DNA of 33,695 nt from Sphacelaria rigidula (Eukaryota): contig CAXNAA020000031.1 in NCBI GenBank assembly GCA_964200075.2, positions 1-33,695 on the forward strand, given 5' to 3'. Position numbers and translations under genes: made by a program. Below are positions 1 through 13,000 of the stretch, one piece after another. Below the pieces are notes generated by a model. That model was not told where the DNA came from and ran no database searches. It saw only the letters and a list, made by a program, of their open reading frames with translations. How positions within the stretch are numbered: position 1 is the stretch's first letter; each line of letters starts with the position of its first letter.

Positions 1-81
1 ATGCTCCTTGCACTCTGTGACCACGGGTTCAAGAGATCGAGCTAATGTGATGGATATAATAATAATAATAATACCTCTGTC

Positions 82-709
82 GTTCTCCATGCCAAGTTTC
101 AAATCACAATTGTAGAAGTTGCGCTGAAAACTTCAGGTGAGGCCCAAGAGCAATGTTCATTTCTCCAAACTCCCCTGAGAACACGAAAAAAAATGAGAAA
201 AAAACGGATAACCCCCGAAAAAGCTGTGTTTTCATTTCATGCACCAGCGGTTTTCCGTACCAAATTTCATAGCACAACTCTCAAAAACTGAGACGCGATA
301 TCCAGATTTAGGTCATCTAGGGCCCCTGTTCGTAATATACTAGTTTTAGTACGAAAATTTATATGCGCCATATCTCGAGATAGATGACGAAATAGGTGAA
401 AGTGAGGGTATGTATATATCGTCTCCCCATGGTCTAGGGAAGGTCTACACTAAAAATCGTCATCATCCGCTCAATCGATCGTTTGGGGTTTCATATAGAT
501 TTTAGTGTCGACGCTATTTCCACTAGGTACAGGAATTACTATACATGAGGTTTACTCGACGAGAAAAAATTGACCCAGATTTTTGAGCAGATTGGCTCCT
601 TGCCCTTGATTAGACGATTAATACGATATGCGGAGTATGGCCCAACTCGTCTATGTCGTTGAGATATCGCTCTGAGAGTTTAAATCCGTTTTCAGGCTGG
701 CTCAGCTCG
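82..709 (+). repeat. Dispersed repeat family A, copy 1 (probably a non-autonomous DNA element)
   Basis: Aligns by eye with the reverse complement of 6961-7469, including an identical 23-mer aactgagacgcgatatccagatt (286-308 vs 7247-7269). About 500-620 is extra in this copy. Confidence 0.85.
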
Positions 710-2605
710 TAGAGTGATGACCTAACTGTTCATAGCACGGTGCAGAGGGATGCGGCAGCTTCAATCTGGAGCTGTCGTTGCTCTACTTCACTGATTTCCG
801 TCTGCAGAGAGTATGCCGAGAAGTCACACACGGTAACAACATGTTATCATGTGTACCCGAATTCGGAACAGCTTTTGTGTGAAAACATAACAGTTCGGTT
901 TTTGAAATTACGTCCAGATCATTACAATGGCTCCATTGGTCTGGCGGAAAGACACGAGAGCCTACAACTGATGACAGTGAAGTCCTGCTGTACCATCACC
1001 ACGCACATAGCTCGTTCCCCCTCCTGCTGGTCACACACCAACATCTGCTCTATCATGCATGCACATGTAGATTGTCGTGGGCGTCACCGGAAACGTTATC
1101 GGGATTGAAGGCAACAAAACCTGTTCGCCGCGAGCGGTTCACGAACACAAACTCGAGTGCAAGAACGCCCAAATTTGGCCGCGAAAGAAAATACGCCATA
1201 CTTGTGTAGCGGAGCGACATGAAGACATCTTCTGGTCTACAGTACCGCTGTCTTCCGAACGGAGCCGTTAGGAGACCGGAAGGGTGGAACTTTCAACCTC
1301 GTTTCCCGGTCGAACTCCAATTCGTGTCCCCGATTAACCCACTGGTGAGGGCGTCGGTGTGACAAGTCGCTCGATCATGACTCATAGGCCCACTGCTAGT
1401 AGACGTGCGGGTAATTCCCCAACCCGATTCTTGCGAAAAATAATGTGAGGGTTATCTACTCACAGGTGTTCGCTGGTAGCACACAACAGCATATCACGAG
1501 TCATCTGTCATATCACATCCATACGCCAGCCTCTGCCTCTACTCCCAACACTCGCCACAACCTGACCCAGATGTGCCGCTTGAGCATCTTCTTATTAAAC
1601 CACACACACAATCCCCACTCGAGTCGAAGATGCAAACGCGAAAATCGAGGAGATTCACTAAACGAGCAACTTCTGCGAGATTCCCGTCAAGCCTTTCATT
1701 ATCCCGCGATGCTAACGCCCATCTAACTCATCCCGCTCTCACTCTTCAGGTACGAAATACGCCAGCTCGAACTCCTTAAAAATGTGGTACGCGTCGACTT
1801 GACCGCTTCACCACAAATTTTCGAGGTTGACACTTCTGCGACCACAGCTCTCACCAGACGGATGTGGTCTAACGTGAGGTCGTACAATACCCACGCGCAG
1901 TGGAAGGATGCAACGCGTGAATGAAATCGCGACAGGGCAAATTCCCAACGTTAGCACATGAATAAACTCTGGCACGCACAACGAACGCACAACGGGTATA
2001 CGATTAGAAAAACAAAGCATCCCGACTGACTCATCAGGCACTGCTTGGCCGAGACTGGCACAAGAGACTCTTGTGTGGCGACTCGGACGACAACAATGCT
2101 TCCCTCACGTTCACCGTAACAACAACATCAAGGCTTTCCTAAATCAACGGTCAAGCAACCTGGAAATAACATTGCTACGACTGTCAAAATGTCCAACGGC
2201 GAGGGGTGTGTTGTCTTATGGAAGCGGCACAATCACGTTGAACGAACAAAAATGGTGCCGGGGACCATACGTATTGCAACCTGCAAAGTGCGTACTAGAA
2301 TATACAGGGTTTGCACTTTTCGTCAGGTCCTACTGCGGCAACTGTCAGAAAATGACAAGGCAACGCCCCCCGTACCCCACGGAAAAGCGGTAAAACTCAT
2401 CACAGCACACGACACATAACTGTTGAACGTTTTTCTTGTTCCTCCACTCAGATGAGCACCAACACGTCACACCGCGTAAACATGTAAATTCTTCATTGTA
2501 CCCGTTGGTTTCCTTGCTCGACATCCTACCTCTTAGGGAGATGTCGCAAACTTCTAATTAATCATTTCCACTTCTGACTTATTCGTCCCTCCTAGTTTCG
2601 ACACC

Positions 2606-4092
2606 CTAGATCACAGCACCGACGGTCCCCGGAGCCTCCATGGAAATTTCCCCATCTTCAACCTCGCCGTCCTCTATGACATGTTTCGATACACTTTCCA
2701 ACGACGATCCACCGGACGCACAAGCTGTAGTCTCCGTTCCACCCGATGCTGATCTCTCCCAGTCGATCTTCACCTTGGGCCTCTTTCCACCGCTACCTGG
2801 GCTGCCATTTGAGATTCCGGTCCTTGCATCACTCGCATCCTCGTCGCGCGACCTTTTGTGCCTGGCTGGTGTCTCGACGGAGGATGTCGGCGCCGCGGGG
2901 GGGCGTGGGGTAGAAGGAGGGCGGGGCTTCGGCTTCGCGACGGCTGCAGCGGCACCGGGTGGTGGCTTTCCGTTTGCATTTGCGTTCGCGTTCGAGGAAG
3001 ATGGTGGGCGAGGACCAGGTGGAGGGCGTGGCATGGCTCGGTTACCGTTCGCGCCCGGCGCGTTCGTCTTGTTCACCGTGCTAGGGTGGGGTTTCGTGGG
3101 GGGGTGCGGCTTCACCGTCATGGCGGGCGGACGAGGAGCGCCTCCAACTTTGGGTCGTCCATTCGCGGCACCAGATTTCGCCGAAGGCGTCGGTGTCCCG
3201 GTTGCGGAAGACTTCAAAGCCGAGGGGGGGCGCGGCCCCGGCGGTGGGCGTGGGCCTCCAGATGACTGCCTGGGTGCCGACGACGAGGTAGGGGCTGTAC
3301 TTGGTGGCCTAGGAGTCGAGGGCGGGCGTGGCCCAGCGGACGAGGACGCCTGCGACGGCGGCTTGGGTGTAGACGGTGGCTTGGGTGCAGCTGGCGGCTT
3401 GGGTGTAGACGGCGGCTTGGGTGTAGACGGTGGCCTCGGCTTAGACGAGGATGTCTGGTTCGAAAAAGATTGCTTCTGGGCGGGCTTGGGGCCGGGAGGG
3501 GGGCGCGGTACTCCTGGTGGTCTGGGTATCGACGGTGGTTTTGCCGTCGATGACGATCGCGGCGGGGGGGGGCGGGGTCTTGGTTTGGCCGGCGCCCCGT
3601 CATCCGGGCGAGGTCGCTTACCAAGCGATGCCGCCTCCCTGCCCCTGTCGGGCCCGGAAGAATCAGCGGAAGGGGAGCGCTTCCGATCGGGTGGGGGGTA
3701 GCTCGGCGGTCGCGGTCTACTTTTCCCACTCGACATGGCGGAAGCCCCGTGCATGGACACGTGCGAAACTGTCGATGGCGAAGTCCGAGCTGGAGCCGGG
3801 GCCGGGGCGTTACCCCACGGGTGGCTGTTGTTGTCTTCGCCGTCATCTTCCTCGGGGATGTCGCCCATCACGCTTTTGGCGAGTTCTGCATACTCTCGTT
3901 GATCTGGCGACATCTCGTGTTCGTTACGGGACGGCGGCCGCTGCCTTGGCCACAATGGCTTAACCGGCTTGTTCCCATGTGACTTAACGTGACCGGCTTT
4001 GACGAGAGCGGCTATGATGGTGTCCTTCGTCAGTCGGTAGCCAGACTTACCCGGTTCGTTTTCCTGAACCTCGATCAGCTGACAGCACGCCC
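2606..4092 (-). CDS. Cyclin T/K exon 7: end of cyclin box 2 plus a Pro/Ser-rich disordered tail
   Basis: Acceptor ggcag|GG; frame open from 4090 to TAG at 2608-2606, which includes the 449-aa track ORF. An internal GTAAGT at 4050 could mark an extra intron. Confidence 0.85.
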
Positions 4093-7000
4093 CTGCCCAA
4101 CCCCAGAGTGCAGACGGGGGTCGAGCGGAGCGACCAAAACTGTGAGCAACTGCGGTACCACACTTGTTTTTTTTTACGCGAAGTGAGACCTACACCGCTG
4201 CGGCTGTGTTTAATTTCATGGACATAAAAAAAAACTCAGGCTAAACCACACGGTACAGCAACAGTGCAGCCGAAAGCGAACGGGCTCGAATGAATCGGCG
4301 CTTTAGCGCCAAGTGCTTCACGTGGCATGTCTTCAGCTTTTGTCTTTGTTGAAAAAAGCATTTCAAGAGACTTGAATCACGTTTCACGCTTTCGACAAAA
4401 GTAACGGCAAAAAAGATAGCTGTATGGTATGGGGAGAAAAACGCGACAACTTGTTGTCATCGCAACCCGACAAACTTCGAGCGATAAAAAAACTGCACTT
4501 CACTGCGTGCAGTAGGGGGGCCGACGGCATAGGATGGGGTGCTACATGTACATGACTGCAGCTACTGCATTTTTTACTTTGCACGTACGATTGAGGGCTC
4601 GGAGGTCCGGGAAGCGCAGGACCTGCATCCACGATTTGTGTCCCGGCGGCGTCGGGATCTCGTTGCAGAGGAGCGTCACGTATACCGCCAAACGCGCACG
4701 CATCGTCGGCGGGTGCTCGAGGCACATCGTCCCTTTCAAGCTGTGGTGGAAATTCCAAGCGTTTCAAGAAGGGTGAAATCGTTCAGCCCCATAATGCAGG
4801 TTTGACACAGGAGGGGGAACAGGAGGTCATCAAGCATCGTCGCAGCGAAACGTCACTCGCACCCGACCCTTTGTGCGCTCTTCCATGACCCTGGACCCTC
4901 ACCTGCACGATGTGAGTGTGACCCTGGGCCCAATACTGAGAAATCCTCATCTAGTTCCACGTTACCTGTACAACTAACCTGCTGGACCCCGACAGCGCCT
5001 GCGGCTAACACTGCACCAGCAGGAAGACTCAATGGACTAGAACAAAACAGGTAGCAAGAGGATGCTGCACAGCACGGGGCAGGGACGATCCACATCAAAC
5101 GCACCTCATGTTCACCACGATCACCGCCTGCCGGAGGAAGTACTTGGCCGTTTCTTGGGAAATCCAGCCTTTGGTTCACCAGGGGTCAGGTTGTAAAGGC
5201 AAGCGCGGTCGAATGAGAACAGACCGCATAACATATCGCGTGCACGCGATTTTCACGCACCGCAACATTTTGGGTGACCTGTGTTCCAAACCCGCCCTCG
5301 GGCAGTGACGACGTTTCCAAGGAAGCGACAAGTGCTCGCAAGGATACGGCTAAACGAAAAAGTACTGTGCAACAAAGGAGGACGAGAGAGTATTATTTTC
5401 ACCCGTTTACCGCCGAGGTAAACAATCTGTTGAAGCGGCACAATTTCAAGTAATATATATACCTGAAATTGATGCCGATACAACAGATTTTCGGCCATGG
5501 TGGCCCAGGAGCTTAGAGAGTGTCGTGGCATATTATTTTCGATCGACATTGTGCGGTGGAACACATAAATCCCAGTGAGATACGTCGTACTTTGGAGGAT
5601 GGTTGGAATCACGACCATCAGCTCGGGATTTTTGTTTTCCCCCGCACTATTCGATCGAAAATGATGTGTGAAGACACGGACTTAGAGATGCACAGTCTTG
5701 GAGTGAAACCATAGTCACCCAATTCATGCCGGCAGGGCACGCGAAGCGGACCAGACTCCCGTGCCTCACCCTGTGCGACGAAGTACTTGAAAATGTCGGT
5801 GTAGTGGTTGTATGGATGTTCGATCATGAAATCGAAGCCCACCGCGTTGATCAGCTGATTCTCCATGAACAGTACTCTTTCCTGGTATGGTCCATACTCC
5901 TGCAAGAACAAAAGAACGGCATGACTCAGTTAGACTTGTCAGTGACAACAGAGGCACGGGAAACACTGTGTCCCATCCTCACGTGATTGCTTCCGACTCG
6001 GGAAGGCTTGTGTTCTTACGAGGCACATCGAAAGTGTAAAGTAGCATTCAAAACTGACTGTGGTTATTTTTGTACTGTCAAAATACGTATAAGCACATCA
6101 GTGGACGACAAAGTAGTAAAAGCAGCTCAAGTAGTCGAATATCCGAACAACAGAGGCAATCATCACTTGACGGGGTGACTTTCATGTCAGAATTCGCAAA
6201 CATGAGCTTCGATATTAAACGAGATAAAACATCACTCACCGGGTCCGTCGGTTTCAACGTATAGCGTGTTGGATCTTTGCCGTGCCGAATTGCCCATGTC
6301 ACCCGCAGCACGTAGTCTAGTTTCACTCTGAATTCTTCAACTTTCGCTGCCAAGAAAATCGCTGCCGCCGCGGTGTCCTGTAACAACAGAGGTGGGAGAG
6401 TCGGCACGACAGACAAGAAATGAACCCTGACAAGTCACACGCAAACTTTGAGTGAACTACGACGCTTCCGCACCTGCTGGGTGTAATACATTTCATGCAT
6501 GGCATCCCCACCAGGACAGACAACGTGGTACTAGACGTTTGAACCTCGGGGAATCAAAGTTGGATCCCTTCGTCACATGCTTCATGTACACTTGGACAAA
6601 GTTCTTCCCTCATTGGATTTGGCGGTGAACCCTGCATACCGGCAAAAAATGCACCGACGGAGCTGGAAAGGGTCCGTCCGATGCCATCTTTCAGTGAACA
6701 GAACCACGTCTCCAACGAACCACGACAGGCGGACGAAACTAAAACTAACCGCTCAAGCTAAAAATAAGCGTGAGGTGAGGGCACTTGCCTCGCTGCCTTT
6801 TGCACGGGTTCCGAGTCTAGGGGTCGCCAGAAGTATGTTGCCACAGCGAACATTTGTGATTATTTGTAGTCGGGTCCATCTTATATCCGAGACCCGATAT
6901 CAGAAGTGCCATCGGTATGTCGCAAAAAAAAAAGAAGCACATCACATACTTCACATACTTCAAGCCGGGCCACGCTGAAAACGGATTCAAGCTCTAAAAG

Positions 7001-10000
7001 CAACATCTCATGGACACAGACGAGTTGGGCAGTGATCCGTATATCGTACTTATCTATATGATGAAACCCTGAACGATACATTCAGCGAAGAGTGACGATT
7101 TTTTGGTGTGAACCTTCCCGGGAGCACGGGGGGATGATAGGTCCCCTCACATTCTTCAGCTCACTCGTAATCAATTTCGAGAGACTGCGCACGTAGGTTT
7201 CCAAAGTAAAATCAATATATTACGAGCAGAAGCACTAGATGCCCTGAATCTGGATATCGCGTCTCAGTTGCGGAGCGTTGTTCCATGAAATTTCGTACGG
7301 GGGACCGCTAGTGCATAATAAAATAAAATACAGCACATCGTCGCCTGTTTTTCATTCTGTCTTAATTTTTTTCGTGTTTTGAGGAGAAGTATAACATTGT
7401 TCTTAGGCCTCATTTCAATTTTTTCAACTCATTTTCTAGAGTTGTGATTTGAAACCTAGCATGGAGAACCCCGAGGGTGTGCCGAAAAAACAGATGTGGG
7501 CCTTCATTTTTCTTCAAGGGGTAAGGGCGTTTTCGTGAAGAAATGGACATCACCTTACTAGAACGTCCTAAACCAGTGAAGACAATGAACTGACCCACAG
7601 ATTTTCGTTAATTATGCCCTAGCGAGGACCCACACAAAATTTTAACTCACAAGAATCAAACGCGGGCCGGTGAGTGGCCTGCGACATACTGTACCGATTT
7701 TCTACCGACCTTTTTCAAAAAGGTGGATGCGCCGGCCAGTATCAAGAGTTGGAGCGTAAAAAATTGTACGGACAGTAGATAGGGCATGAAAAAATCACAG
7801 AAGAACCATTTTTTTAATTTTTCGTGAGTTGAGAGCAATAATCAGTTTCCAGTTATCAGTACAGTGCCCTCAACTCACGATTTTTATTCCGGTGCTTCTG
7901 TAATTTTTCTTCATGCCTCATCCACTGTCCATACGAGAGTACCCGAAAATTAAATCCGAGACCCCATGCCCCCTTTTTGAATCCTGGAGTTTTTCGGGTG
8001 GGGGAGTGGGGGCAGGGGTTATTACATCTCATACATGAATAAAATATAACATTTTACAGCATATCAAACCATCAGGAGAAGAGGAAGACAAGACAAATAA
8101 CACAATGCTCTGCAATGCCTGCTCGATCAAGCTGAACGCATCCATCTCCATCGCCAATGCGCGTCTAATGTGCGTCGCTTCTTGTGGTGACAGATGGGGA
8201 TAACAATCACGGGCTGTACCTCACCCAAGTCGCCCAAAAATGGTTATTCATCGAGTGTTTCTTCATGTGAAAAAAAAGCCCACGACCGCCGAAGGGGCGG
8301 GGGGGGGGGGTACACAGGGTCTTGGAGTTTTTTTTGGGCACTTCTGATCCAAACCAAATTTTACGCTCCAACTCCAAATATTAGCCGGCGCATTTACCCG
8401 CAAACTTCAAATCCGCCTCTAGGCTGGTCCAGCTCGTACACTCTGAGGAATGAACACAAGAGTTGTTTGTTCATTGCTTCAATGATGGACGTGGGGGGAA
8501 ACTTTCCGATGTATCTCGTTGAACACATGAAATTGTGAAGCACAGCGATTGGTACGTACCGCGAACGACGATAGATCTTGCGAACATTGATCATTAGTCC
8601 AGAGCAATTACAATAAACAAAGGTCACTGGCCATCGATGATTGTGTATTGTATTCCGAAATAGACTCTCGAATGCATCTATCGATGGCCATTGCCGTCAA
8701 CAAAATATCATTGCGGGGAGCCTGCATCAACGATCCTTGTCGCCAATAAAAGATTCGTATAATTAGTATATTTTGCTCAATGCACTTGTCTCACATCAAT
8801 GGCAATATTTGTAACACATGATGCACACAAGTGACCACCTGAGGCGATAGCCTGAAAAACCTCCTTGTGGAGGTGGGAACATCAAGCTTTACCCCGAAAA
8901 TGTGTACCAATAGCGGTTGATCGACGCCACTCACCTCCTACTTTGGCCAGCGATAGATGTTAGTGATCATGTTTTAGATCCTTGTGGCCAACGACAGACA
9001 TTGGTGGGCACAATCTCGACAATATCATATGATCAGCAACATGTATTGGCTGAAATGCAGAGCCCATTCCATCATCATGGGCAATGATTATTCCATCCGC
9101 TGTCTATCGATAAGCAGTGATGCTACTCGCTTGTCGCCGACAGTGGATATCGGCAAGTCACACTCTCGGGGTTGATGTGGTGGTATTCAAAGGGTCGAGT
9201 GTATCCCACGGCACTGGCGCGGGAGCATTGAATCAAGGGGCATCGCCGACTGCAGGCCAGGAGTCGAAGCTCCCCAGCCCCCCCTCCCTTCCCTGCCCTT
9301 GCAGGCTGTGTCATAAACTTCGTGCTGGCTCATCAGCAGTACACGCAACTGAACACCGTCGCCATTACCCACGGGTCGCCTATGCGTGAGCAGTTCAAAA
9401 CCCGAGGAGTTTTGGTGTTTCTGTGAGAGGAGTGTGGACTCCGACAGCACTCTTGTTTCAACGTCCAAGTCACCAGAAAGTCACCGATATCGACTTCTGG
9501 ACTACGACGTTTGCACGCTATTAACTCCTTATCCAAGGTATTACTTTAGCCAAGTGCGGCGTCAACTCTTTTGGAACCGTTGATGGAAAAGTGACGATTA
9601 ACAAGTGCTGTTTTCTCGGGCAAAATATGGTTGTTTTTCTGCAAGTGTTGCTTCAGCCGATCAAAGCGGTGTACCTATCTCAATTCAGGTGTGCTAGTGT
9701 GACAGATTCGTGCACCGAACTCCAAGTGAAGTTTTCCCGGTGACGAAAGCTCGCATTTTTCAAATCGTCACTTTTCCATGAACGGGTCCAAAAGGGACAT
9801 GGGTTTCTTCTAGCATTACATTTACTTCGTTTCAGTATGGCCGACCACTACGTGGTTCCACCGATATCTACTTCTCGATCATGACGTTTGCAGGCTTCAA
9901 CTTCCTGGCCGAGGTATTACTCGAGTTGAGAGCGTGTCTTCTTACATTCTTCTCGACTCAAACCTATTCGTGCGGTGGAATTGATTTCGTTAGTTCCGCT

Positions 10001-13000
10001 GTTGGCTCCAAGCGAATTTGCACGCTTTCAATAAAAAAAATCTGGTGGAATTCGTGAAGCGGTACTTGTTCGCTTGTGTTCAATCCAGACAACGGTACAG
10101 TACTGTCTGCACAGTGTGCTTTGTACAGCAGGATGTGAAGAACGGGGTAACGTGCAGTACAGACAGTACAGGACTGTCTATACTATCTTCATACAAGGGA
10201 TGTGAAGAAGATACTGGCAACGAACCGTTTTGACATGCCTATCCTGTCATTACTACTCGGTTACGTGTGATCATTCACCGACCACTTGCCTCGCCCCTTG
10301 CTGCGTTTGGGCTACGGCATTTCACCCAGCATAATATCTCCGGAGAGGACTACACCACCGACCATCCGGCAGTGAATCACCGAGACTACAAAAAGAAGCG
10401 GGAAACGGAACAAGCGTCTAAAAGCAGCATGTTGATAGATCGCCGGACGGGTATATGGTTGCGGCGACTGACCAACATGCTGCTCCTGAACGCTTCTTGC
10501 CTTGCCCGCCTCTCTCTTGGTCTCGGTGAGACACAGCCTCACCATCCTTCACCACTTTTACCGGGATATCCTCTCAGAAAACCAGGGTAACCGCTTTCTG
10601 ACTTGTCCACCATGGGCTTGTCCAATATTTTGGGGCGGTGGCTTATGGACTGCTGTTAATGGGGACCCTCGACTGAATCAAGCTAAATCAGTAACGCTCT
10701 TTTGCTTTGGGCGAAAATCTGTGGTTGGCAGCATGACGTCTTGATCTTAGACTGAAGAAAGTTTTGATGAAAATTATGCCCAGCTTCTCCAGGGCGTGTG
10801 TTGTTGAAATCGGCGCCTGCGGCGTCGATTTGAGGTTCGCAGAAGCACACTTTGCCGAGAATGACCAATGCATCCATCCCCCTTCCGCGACGGTCTCAAA
10901 CGCTTGGGGTCGGAGTAAGGGTTAGGGTTGGTGTTGCTCGTTTATTCGAAAAAAAATACAGGGATGCGCTCAAGGAAAAAAAGGTCAAATGTGTGCCGAT
11001 TTTTGCATTTTTATTTAAACAATCAGCTGGGGTCAGCTGCGAACTAGGTGTAGCCCACACGAGTGAGGTGCCCCAGAGGGAGGACCTACGGCCCAACAAG
11101 AGACATATCTAACAAGCAACGTTCAAGGCTGGATCGTCGGCACAAGTTTCAGGCTAAGAACGTGATGATGTCTCACGTTTGGTGTTGTGCACGATATTGC
11201 TCGGTACGAGTGCCTTGCGGACCCCATGGTACGCCGATAGGTGGCGACCACACTTCGCGTTCCAGCGCCATCACCACGCCGAGGCGTAGTGCATGGAGTG
11301 TGCAATCTGCCCCAGAAAGAAGCATTTCAATTGCATTCGAAAAAAACGAGATCGACACGATCGTTTGCAGTCATGTCTGGCGACGAAGCTGATGGCTTTG
11401 AAATTTGAAAGCTCTATCATGCGACCACCATCAAGTGCAGGAGACTACGCTGATCCAATCTACGGTCTACAGAGTATCCGTACCATAATAATGCGTAAAC
11501 GCATCTGCTATGCGGCCTAACCAGGGCGTAACCGCGTCTCATGTTTATTATCGAAAAATTCGCAAATCCAGTGCAACTTTGCTTGTGGATTTCTCGTCTG
11601 CGGCTGCGCGCTCCATCATTCAACTTCGCGAAGCATCCGCACGATTTGGCCACAGACTTTTCTACAGCATGACCACAAGCGATTTCGGGGAATGCCGTCC
11701 ATGCGCCTTCAAATTGGTCATACAGCAGCCCGGACTTTGCGCACTTCAGGCGAATGTACACACGCGCAGATGCACAAACTTGAACACGTTGAGCGGCTGG
11801 ACGGCCGATGTGGTGGCGAATTGACACCGGTCTATGCTGCGACCATTTCTGGATCATGACCATCTGTAGTGTACCGATCAGCATACAGTCTGCAGAGCTG
11901 CACAGTTCATGACGCACGGCCCCACGCGCGCTGTAGCAGCTGCGAGGCGCTGAAACTTTGCCCATATGCTGTGCGAACCACAGTCCACAGTTCTATGTCG
12001 CTATATCTGGTGCTGTGCGCTGCAGTAGAGTGAGCGCACTAGAGGAAAATGCGATCGAATTCTGTTCCGATTTTTTCATGGCGCGACCCTAATCACCCAT
12101 AGAGATTCGCCCAAAGCTAGAGGTACTCTCAATTAACATTCCGCGCATCTGGCGAACAGCACCCGTGGCGACAAATTTCAATTTCATTTTATTTCTGGTG
12201 AAAAAAAAAAGCGTCACGATTTTCGTCCCGATGACGGAACGGAACGTGAAAACCGGCTCGTACTGAAGGATTGTCGGTGAGGTTTGTGACTATAATAGTG
12301 ATAAACGCCCGCGCACACATCAACTGGCTGTGTCATGGGAGCATAGAATTGGTGAGGGCGTGAAGCGCCTTATTTGCCGCACAGAACACACAACAACCAC
12401 CCCTCCGTGACGCTTACAACATTGCGTAGATGATACTGCGTGCCGACTACAACTCCTTGTACCGACCGAGACGACAGTACGGCGGTTCAGCAAATCCCTG
12501 ACGCCGAGCAGACCAGTGCTCAAACGCACAACACCACCGTGTCCACCACCAACCACACAGGGATGATTGTTCTCGACACGAAACGCCTTGCTCGTTGTGA
12601 AAGACACCACACCCAACAAAAGCGTCACGATTCAACAACTTTGACAAGACAGCTTAGCTCAACACAGGCATGGATGAGTACGTGAAAGACAATCGATCAC
12701 CCCTCTCGCGAATCTCGTCCCCTTCCATCATTTTCGCATTTTCAACGGAACCCGAGCTCGTGAAGTGTTGACAAGTCATCGGACCCTGATGAACGTGTCC
12801 CACAACACGATTGGGTATGAACGCAATAATGTGACCAACCCTCAGACAGTGAGCGTCGCTTCGGAACAGTTTTATAGGTAGACATTTCAGGGATATCTAG
12901 TAGTCCTCACGGGGAAGGGGGGTTGGCTTTTGACGGGGAGTGGGGGCCTGTTTGCAGAAATGGCGGAAAGATTGCAATGGAAAATGCCGTGAGCCAGGAA

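Noticed and set aside
740..2419. Short ORFs downstream of the cyclin stop codon
   Set aside because: No recognisable motifs or consistent exon chain; more likely 3' UTR or intergenic DNA.
2640..3701. 353-aa Gly-rich plus-strand ORF and other ORFs overlapping 2606-3982
   Set aside because: Antisense or alternate-frame shadows of the GC-rich, Pro-rich cyclin exon; the Gly codons simply mirror the Pro codons.
8628..8690. 11-bp perfect inverted repeat (tggccatcgat)
   Set aside because: Short and isolated, with no supporting context.
10913..10930. Telomere-like agggttagggtt
   Set aside because: Fewer than three units; not distinguishable from chance or repeat debris.
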